DNA from: Patescibacteria group bacterium
Lineage (GTDB): Bacteria > Patescibacteriota > Gracilibacteria > Peribacterales > Peribacteraceae
NCBI GenBank assembly: GCA_023263945.1
Contig: JALQTW010000004.1
Span: 3,095 to 67,094, forward strand
Length of the DNA: 64,000 nt
Reading direction: 5' to 3'
This document shows, piece after piece, positions 57,425 to 64,000 of the stretch. The translations under genes and the position numbers were made by a program. The notes under the pieces are model-generated. The model saw nothing but the letters and a program-made list of their open reading frames with translations, was not told the DNA's origin and did no database searches. Within the stretch, counting starts at the first letter, position 1. Each line of letters opens with the position of its first letter.

Positions 57425-57563
57425 AGAGCGGCATGCTTGCCGCGTGTAAAAAGGATGAAGATCAACAATAGAACCAGGGAGCGTCTATCTCTAAGGAAAA
57501 GAGAGCGGGATGCTTCCCGCGGTCATTGTAGGATCCAATAATACGCGCGAAGCATCGCGCTCT
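57425..57563. repeat. Cluster of three REP copies (REPIN-like) of the RAYT-associated family
   Basis: AGAGCGGCATGCTTGCCGCG, AGAGCGGGATGCTTCCCGCG, inverted CGCGCGAAGCATCGCGCTCT. Confidence 0.8.
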
Positions 57564-57604
57564 ATGGCTCCAAAAGGAAGGGGGCGCAGGTGTGCACACC
57601 TGTG

Positions 57605-58213
57605 CTAATCAACGAATTGAATTTCCCCCTCTTCAATCATCTGGAGAACTTTTGGGTACCATTCTTTTTCCAAATCTTGCACACGATTTTTCAGAGAATC
57701 GACCGTATCTTCCGGAAGTACGGGGCAGGTTTTCTGCATCAGGATTTTTCCTGTGTCGACTCCTTCATCGATAAGATGGATGGTCATACCCGATTCTTTT
57801 TCCTTTGCGGCAAGGACTTCTTCATGTGCATGGATGCCAGGATACTTCGGTAAGAGTGAGGGATGCACATTCAGAATTTTATTTTTCCATTTCTTTATAA
57901 ACCACGGAGATAAGATCCACATCCATCCCATGCAGGCGAGGACAGGTTTACTCGTTTGTTCGTTTGTTCGTTTGTTCGTTAGCTCTTCGATAGCTGCAGA
58001 GAGTTTTTGATCGTATTCTTCACGTGATTCATCTGGATTTTTGTGGATGATCACAACGGGAATGTTTGCTCTGCGTGCTTTCTCCATACATCCACGGTCT
58101 GCGCGATCGGTAATGAGACCACTGCATTGCATGGTGAGTGATCTATCGGCAATGGCATCTAACACTGCCTGGAATGTGGTACCGCGGGAGGAACTTAAGA
58201 CGACGAAGTGCAT
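57605..58213 (-). CDS. purN: Phosphoribosylglycinamide formyltransferase
   Basis: SSSRGTTFQA, LNVHPSLLPKYPG, SGMTIH, GVDTGKI. Confidence 0.95.
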   Translation of the reverse strand: MHFVVLSSSRGTTFQAVLDAIADRSLTMQCSGLITDRADRGCMEKARRANIPVVIIHKNPDESREEYDQKLSAAIEELTNKRTNEQTSKPVLACMGWMWILSPWFIKKWKNKILNVHPSLLPKYPGIHAHEEVLAAKEKESGMTIHLIDEGVDTGKILMQKTCPVLPEDTVDSLKNRVQDLEKEWYPKVLQMIEEGEIQFVD

Positions 58214-58446
58214 GATTCCATCATAGCAGGTGCAGAAGATGCCAACCCAGCTTCGAATATGCCTATACCTTCGATTGCAGTTCGTACTGCATCGATTACT
58301 GCACGATCTATTGCGTACACGAGGGCAACTTTGTTTGGGGCAACATGTTGTTTGTCAAAACCTCTGAAGGCAACACTCTCTCCAAATGGTTCCATGGCGG
58401 TATAGATCTCTTCTTTTCTGTTTAAATCGACAATAATGGTGGACAT
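58195..58446 (-). CDS. Small hypothetical protein
   Basis: 83-aa ORF between the cofE homolog and purN; TACTAT 9 nt upstream. Confidence 0.45.
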   Translation of the reverse strand: MSTIIVDLNRKEEIYTAMEPFGESVAFRGFDKQHVAPNKVALVYAIDRAVIDAVRTAIEGIGIFEAGLASSAPAMMESCTSSS

Positions 58447-58467
58447 AGGACGCGCATAGTAGGGAAC

Positions 58468-59244
58468 CTAGAGAATTCCTGCAAATAAATCGTCTTCCGG
58501 CTCAATGCCATCTACCCATCCTTCATCGTCGCTCAGAGATATTCCATGATCACGCATGATGACGGCAGGTGTTGCCTGCGCTGCGTTTCCCATCAGAAAA
58601 TTCGCAGCGGTGGCAAGTTGATCGGCTATTGCTTCGGTTGTGATACGAAGAGGATGTCCAAAGAGATCGCTCTTTCCTGCCTGGGAAACAAGAGGATCGA
58701 TCCCGCTCACAGCGAGCGCGAAGGCTGTCACTCCCAGACGACGAGGGCGACAACACGAATCGGTCATGATGATGGCGATGTTCTTTCCCGTCTTTTCCTT
58801 TAGACAAGATCTCATTTCACGTACAGATTTCACAGGATCTTTCGGCCAGCCAATGGCGTATCCTTCCTGCACGTTCGATTGATCCAGCCCTGCATTTGCC
58901 GTGAGGATTGATCCTTTCTTCAGTCCGTCAGGACGCACTTCTGTGAGAAGCGCACCAGGACACGTGCCAACGATCGATCCGTGCAATCGTTCGGTTTCTT
59001 GTAACACCGCTTCGCAAAATTCGGCTGAGCGGCCGCACTGGGCACTCCATTTTTTTGCATCATCGGATGGCGACCAGGACGTAAGATCGATCGCACTACC
59101 TTCCACCATCGAAATCACTTTGGAGGAGAGAACGAGAATATCGTTTTCCTGGAATGAAGCAGATTGCATCAAAATGGATAGAAGATCATCGCCTGATTTT
59201 AAAACAGACGTCACAAGAGAAATCAGCTGCATAACGTGATTCAA
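58468..59244 (-). CDS. cofE: CofE-family gamma-glutamyl ligase (F420-0:L-glutamate ligase homolog)
   Basis: DILVLSSKVISMVEG, NAGLDQSN, IMTDS..RPRRLG, DLFGHPL, ADQLA, MGN. Confidence 0.88.
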   Translation of the reverse strand: MNHVMQLISLVTSVLKSGDDLLSILMQSASFQENDILVLSSKVISMVEGSAIDLTSWSPSDDAKKWSAQCGRSAEFCEAVLQETERLHGSIVGTCPGALLTEVRPDGLKKGSILTANAGLDQSNVQEGYAIGWPKDPVKSVREMRSCLKEKTGKNIAIIMTDSCCRPRRLGVTAFALAVSGIDPLVSQAGKSDLFGHPLRITTEAIADQLATAANFLMGNAAQATPAVIMRDHGISLSDDEGWVDGIEPEDDLFAGIL

Positions 59245-59289
59245 TCAAGAACCAACGAACTAATCAACCAGTAAACCAATCAACCAATC

Positions 59290-59871
59290 CTATTCCTCCC
59301 ACAAATGCACGAGCGATTTCCTTTGCAGAAGAATCACCTGCGGTGCAATGGAGTGGGCCTCCACGTCGATTGCATTGATCGTCACCGTTGCCCTTCCGGG
59401 AGAGGGAGTTTCAAGAGAAAGCATGTCGGGTACCGCCGGAATATTCATGGACATGGTTGCCTTGGGAGGAAGTGTCCAGCGGACGAAGCCAAACAGAGGA
59501 GGTTCGGCCGTGACATCTTTCAGGGGGACACCGCTCACTTCCGTTCTATGCCAGGATGCCGGAAGACTGATTTTCATAAGTTGCACAGGATCTCCGTGAA
59601 CGATGACGTATCCTTTTTCGCCACTCCTGCTGATATCCACTTGTGCTTCGATAGATTTTTCATATTCCAATCCAATCGTCACGGTCGCTTTCGGTGGTGA
59701 GACCGATGCTTCACTGAGAAGTGTGGAGAACGTCTGCGATACAATACTGCTTAAGAGAACAAGAATAAAGGTCGCCCCGCCCGCGATGCATGTGCGGATG
59801 AAAGCACCACGCAGGAGCACGCGTTTGGATTTTTTTCCGGAACGAGATTTCTTCTTTTTTTTGGGGGGCAT
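59290..59871 (-). CDS. Hypothetical membrane-anchored protein
   Basis: Basic N-terminus, single TM, beta-rich C-terminal domain. Confidence 0.7.
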   Translation of the reverse strand: MPPKKKKKSRSGKKSKRVLLRGAFIRTCIAGGATFILVLLSSIVSQTFSTLLSEASVSPPKATVTIGLEYEKSIEAQVDISRSGEKGYVIVHGDPVQLMKISLPASWHRTEVSGVPLKDVTAEPPLFGFVRWTLPPKATMSMNIPAVPDMLSLETPSPGRATVTINAIDVEAHSIAPQVILLQRKSLVHLWEE

Positions 59872-59940
59872 AAGAACAGCATAGCAAAAAACATGTAGGC
59901 TGGCATGTATTGCTTTCTATCTTCTGTTACACTTCCCGTG

Positions 59941-62634
59941 ATGCCTATGTACAGAATTCTACCCCGACGAATTTGGCTTGCTACCTTGGCACTTCTAACA
60001 CTGGTCGTTATCTATATTTTTATAGCGTCCCTAAAAGTTTTTGATCCATTTCGTGCAACACTTCCACCGGATATCAGTGGTCGTCCTCCATACATCATCT
60101 CGACGAATCCTTATCCGACACTCAACGTTATAGCAGGGACAGAAGCATCCATCCTTATTGCAAGTCTTAAACAAGGATACGCCTCGCGCGACCCTGTAAC
60201 GGGTATTGTCAAAACGATTCCCGTTTCCCTTGTGGGGAACGTGCCTACTGGTATGCAGATCAATCCGCTTGTTATTTCAGTGCCTAATGGAACAAGTAGT
60301 GTCCCCGTTGAAGTGTATCGTCTTGCATGGACTCCGCCGGTCGATGGAATTGGAGACTTTCCCGTGACACTTACATCCTCTGTGACGATGAATGGAGTGA
60401 TCTTGAATGCGGATCCTGTGCCCATGACATTTCATGTTCTCGACAGACAAGGGGGACAACAGGGAGAGGTTGTTGATGCGCTTCTTGCGCGGCAACTTCT
60501 TGTCACCAACGACTCAGCTCAGTTTATTTCATTCATGCCGTTTGAGAGGGTTCTGCAGGCGATGGATCAACAAGAGTTTTTACAGTTTGCGATTCAAAAT
60601 GGTTTGCTTGTACAGCACTATCAAACGCCACAAACTGTCCACGATGAACTCTATCGTCGCGGACTAACTGGTGCCAATGTAGATCTCTTGCGTCCGTATG
60701 GACTATTACAGGCGCTTGCGACCGCATCAGGTGGTTCCATGCTTGTCCAAAATTCAGGTGTACAGACTTGGAATATTGTCTTCGATGCATATGATCGCCT
60801 AAAGGCTTCGTATGAAGAACGTCCGTTTGATGCACTTCGTGTTTTTTCTTCGCTTCGCCTGCTTACTCTTTTGGAAGGACGACCTCAGACGCACCAAGAA
60901 GATGCGCGTCGTAATCTCCTTGCTTATACGTGGTCTGCAAGTTTATCCGGGTATTCCAACATGGCCGATATGAAAGAGGTGGTGAATCTCACCTATAATG
61001 CAGATACACTTGCTCAACAAATGAAGAACCAGACAGATCCACGCAAACGCGTTCTTCTTATTCTCGGCATCTTTATTGGTGCGCAGGACAGTTCAACAAC
61101 GTCTTTCTTTCATGACGGTACAAATATGGCCGGATTTTTTGAAGCACTTCCTGGGAATCTTCCAACACCGTGGCTCGATAAATGGTCCGAGCAAGTGCGC
61201 CCACGCATGACGGCTATCGCGCAAGCACTGAAAGATCGCGGCGCAGAGATCACGGCCGTTGTGACAGACATTGAAGCGAATGCGATGTCTCAATTTGATT
61301 TAAAGACGACCTGGTCACAAAGTCGTGACGCTGTGATGAGTGATCCGCGCTGGGCAGAAATTTCCGACCGTTTGAAAGCGAGGGGACTTACCGATGCCGA
61401 TGTTTTCAATCTCGATACGTGGTCAAGCGGCACACCTGCAAACCGTTTTAAGGCAATTCTATGGGATGCCGTTATGGCAGATTGGCAGGCAGAATGGTAC
61501 GACAGAGGGCTCTTTGAGCCCTTCCGAGACGTCTTCCCCGATGTGCGTTTTATTGAGTACGAGCACTATCAACGAAATGATCTTGTTCCAACGCGATACA
61601 GAAAATTCCCACGCAACACACAAACAGTCGGTCACATTGTGGGAACGCATGCGGGGCAAAACTTGTATTCCGCTACGTACAATGCCGAAACATTCGATGG
61701 CGTTGTGGATAGTCCCATTCGTCCCCTCTCCGCGAAGGTTGCATCACTTGTGGCCAATGGAACAACCGTCACATTGACGATGACGAATGGAATCCCTGCG
61801 AATGTTTTGTCTGCAGGAGACACGTTCACATTTCTCGCAAAGGATTGTCCTCCGAGCGGACAGTCTGCATCGTCTACAATGGCATGTTTACTCTCAGGGG
61901 AGAGGGCGAATGTATCGGGGATTATTGGTAGAACGTTTTCCATAGCAGGTCGTCCGGATGACAATACAGTCACGTTTGCATCGACATGGACATCGCCGCC
62001 GCTCACGTTCCGCACGAATACGCAGGGGCTTTATCTGAATCCATCCACACACGACGCATACGATGCTCTCGTGGCAGATGTAAAACTTATGCGACAGATG
62101 ACATCCACTTCCACACTTCCTGTTATGCCTTGGGTTGTGCATCCCGCGCAGTATCCTTTGAATCGAAGTGTCATTGATCCTCTGTATGCGGAGCGCATTT
62201 ATCATCTTTCGCTTCTTGGTGCCGACGATTTCTTGCCATGGATTTCCGTGTCAAAAACAGATGTGAACTATGTTCCCGGTCTTCAGATCATAAATAATGC
62301 ACTTGTTGCAGTAAGTTCCTACATAGGATTTGCAGATCGGTTACCAGTTACGTTTGAAAACGTACACTATGGAGATGGATACGTGATGTCCGGTATGGAT
62401 GCAGGAGGGCAGTTTGTGTACAGAATCACCCCCGATCCCCGTGCCCAGACAACTGTGACACAGGAGGGAACATTTGTTGTCGTGCAAGTTGACGGTGCAG
62501 AGAAGCTGCGTTTACCAAATGCCATCATTCAATCTTCCGCAGTTCAGAATCCAACGGGCTATTGGGTTTTGCAATCGTCGCAGACCTCTCTCCTGCTCCA
62601 CTCATCTGCAGACACGTGGGCGTTACTGCAGTAG
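59941..62634 (+). CDS. Large membrane-anchored protein with an N-terminal Ig-like domain
   Basis: N-terminal TM, LAWTPP..GDFPVTL Ig-like segment; paralog of the next ORF. Confidence 0.75.
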   Translation: MPMYRILPRRIWLATLALLTLVVIYIFIASLKVFDPFRATLPPDISGRPPYIISTNPYPTLNVIAGTEASILIASLKQGYASRDPVTGIVKTIPVSLVGNVPTGMQINPLVISVPNGTSSVPVEVYRLAWTPPVDGIGDFPVTLTSSVTMNGVILNADPVPMTFHVLDRQGGQQGEVVDALLARQLLVTNDSAQFISFMPFERVLQAMDQQEFLQFAIQNGLLVQHYQTPQTVHDELYRRGLTGANVDLLRPYGLLQALATASGGSMLVQNSGVQTWNIVFDAYDRLKASYEERPFDALRVFSSLRLLTLLEGRPQTHQEDARRNLLAYTWSASLSGYSNMADMKEVVNLTYNADTLAQQMKNQTDPRKRVLLILGIFIGAQDSSTTSFFHDGTNMAGFFEALPGNLPTPWLDKWSEQVRPRMTAIAQALKDRGAEITAVVTDIEANAMSQFDLKTTWSQSRDAVMSDPRWAEISDRLKARGLTDADVFNLDTWSSGTPANRFKAILWDAVMADWQAEWYDRGLFEPFRDVFPDVRFIEYEHYQRNDLVPTRYRKFPRNTQTVGHIVGTHAGQNLYSATYNAETFDGVVDSPIRPLSAKVASLVANGTTVTLTMTNGIPANVLSAGDTFTFLAKDCPPSGQSASSTMACLLSGERANVSGIIGRTFSIAGRPDDNTVTFASTWTSPPLTFRTNTQGLYLNPSTHDAYDALVADVKLMRQMTSTSTLPVMPWVVHPAQYPLNRSVIDPLYAERIYHLSLLGADDFLPWISVSKTDVNYVPGLQIINNALVAVSSYIGFADRLPVTFENVHYGDGYVMSGMDAGGQFVYRITPDPRAQTTVTQEGTFVVVQVDGAEKLRLPNAIIQSSAVQNPTGYWVLQSSQTSLLLHSSADTWALLQ

Positions 62635-62707
62635 CTTGTGATGATGTCTATGTTGCCTCGTACATTACGTGTGGTGGTTCATCAGTGTTCCTAGTACACT
62701 TTCCTCG

Positions 62708-64000
62708 ATGCGACGCTTCGCGATCCCTCCTGTGCTTGTGATCATTTTTCTTCTAGTTCTTTTTGCAGTGGGATCAGTGTTGTTTGTTTCCCGGGTAGCC
62801 CCGTTTTCATTTCGTGCATCTCTTCCGCCTGATACCTCCAGTCGCCCTCCTTTCATCGTTGCAACGAATCCATATTCTGTCCAATCGATTGCTGTTGGTA
62901 CTCCCTATCGTATTCTCCTTGCAAGCCTGAAGAATGGATATCCAACGCGTCTTCCTGACGGAACCCTGGACACGCTTCCGGTTTCCAGTGACCCGTTGCC
63001 AGAAGGCATGACGCTGAAACCTGTGACCATTGATGTTCCTGTTGGCACCTCGACCCAACGCGTTCAAGTCCGGGAACTTTTTTGGCAGCCATCTGTCTTG
63101 GCTGTTGGGGACCACACTGTGACGCTCACATCGACAGTAACGCTCAGCGGTACAACGTTTCAGGCAGACCCACTTTCCATCACATTCCGCGTCTTCAATC
63201 CTTCCCTCTCTCTCTCGAACGAAGAGATTCTCGATCGTCTCTTCAAGCGAAACCTCATCAATGCCACATCCTCCTCCGCTCTCCTTACATCTCTTTCCTT
63301 CGATGATGTCCTTCAGAGCATGACGACGGAAGAACTCCTCCGTGCGCTTCTGGCAGAGGGCATGATCACGAGATACACGACCTACGATGCACTGCTCTTT
63401 GGTCTTCTGTCACAGAATATCGATCTTACACCGCTCAAGCCGTACGGAATCTTGCAGGCTCTTGCTTTTCCTCCCAAAGGAGGAACGGTTCTCCGGCAGA
63501 AGGATCCAAATAAGCCCTGGATGATTGTGCAGGATACATATGATGATCTGAAGACGAACTACGAAAGCAATCCCTTCTCTCTTCTGCGTCATTTCACGCC
63601 TATTCACTTTCTCACGCTTCTTGATGACAGGATTGCGCTACCGTGGGGAACAGGCACAACGCTTCCCATGTTTGCGGGAGCGAAGGAAACATCGTTGCCT
63701 TCTGTGGCACCGAATGTTATTGCGAAGGTTGCGCTTACGGGAAGACGGTACGATGGTACCTTGAAAGAGACAGAGGCCGAGTATAGAGCCCGCTTTCCGC
63801 AAATGGCTCTACAAATCAAGGCGGCAACCGATGCCATGCCGGAAGGAAAGAGAGTGATCAAACTGCAGGGCATTGATCGCATGAGTGGTTCCTTATTGTT
63901 TGACGGAGTTTTTCCGCCACTGCGAAGCAGCACAGGTGCTCTCGTTGAGGCACAGGGATATTTTGCCCCAAACTACGATTGTTCCCAGGGCGCTAATCCG
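62708..64000 (+). CDS. Paralog of 59941-62634, running off the window end (not in the ORF track)
   Basis: MRRFAIPP...FRASLPPDTSSRPPFIVATNPY...LKPYGILQALA...YDDLKTNYESNPF; frame open to 64000. Confidence 0.8.
   Translation, partial: MRRFAIPPVLVIIFLLVLFAVGSVLFVSRVAPFSFRASLPPDTSSRPPFIVATNPYSVQSIAVGTPYRILLASLKNGYPTRLPDGTLDTLPVSSDPLPEGMTLKPVTIDVPVGTSTQRVQVRELFWQPSVLAVGDHTVTLTSTVTLSGTTFQADPLSITFRVFNPSLSLSNEEILDRLFKRNLINATSSSALLTSLSFDDVLQSMTTEELLRALLAEGMITRYTTYDALLFGLLSQNIDLTPLKPYGILQALAFPPKGGTVLRQKDPNKPWMIVQDTYDDLKTNYESNPFSLLRHFTPIHFLTLLDDRIALPWGTGTTLPMFAGAKETSLPSVAPNVIAKVALTGRRYDGTLKETEAEYRARFPQMALQIKAATDAMPEGKRVIKLQGIDRMSGSLLFDGVFPPLRSSTGALVEAQGYFAPNYDCSQGANP

Noticed and set aside
1..64000. Alternative genetic code (TGA read as Gly)
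   Set aside because: Conserved genes are intact under code 11 and end at TGA at the expected length (e.g. rny, carA)

Overview
Chromosomal window from a small-genome bacterium, most likely a Patescibacteria (CPR) member of the Peregrinibacteria/Peribacteria type. That assignment is inferred from Ser-linker/Cys-rich surface proteins, SLH and lamin-tail proteins, VirB2-like pilins and short intergenic tandem repeats; TGA is used as a stop codon. Housekeeping genes include hisS, tRNA-Gln, gmk, folP, rpmF-nusB-rnc, tuf-rpsJ, mutY, rny, carA, purN and a cofE homolog. There is also a GT4-GH57-GH15-ROK alpha-glucan operon, a RelE/RHH toxin-antitoxin pair, a RAYT transposase with REP palindromes and a ~12 kb array of paralogous modular surface proteins, one carrying a Hint domain. 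The most notable signal is absent from the ORF track: a complete histidine-sensing transcription attenuator. It comprises a TTGACA-17-TATGAT promoter, the leader peptide MSIRTVRNWHHHHLPC, and mutually exclusive pause, antiterminator and terminator hairpins. It sits in front of a CntK-like (histidine racemase-like) gene and a 529-aa unknown, in a locus also containing hisS, a GNAT and a pyruvoyl decarboxylase next to the 3' end of tRNA-Gln. Two unassigned structured RNA candidates (21279-21545 and the rny leader) are also visible. All calls come from reading motifs by eye; no searches were run.
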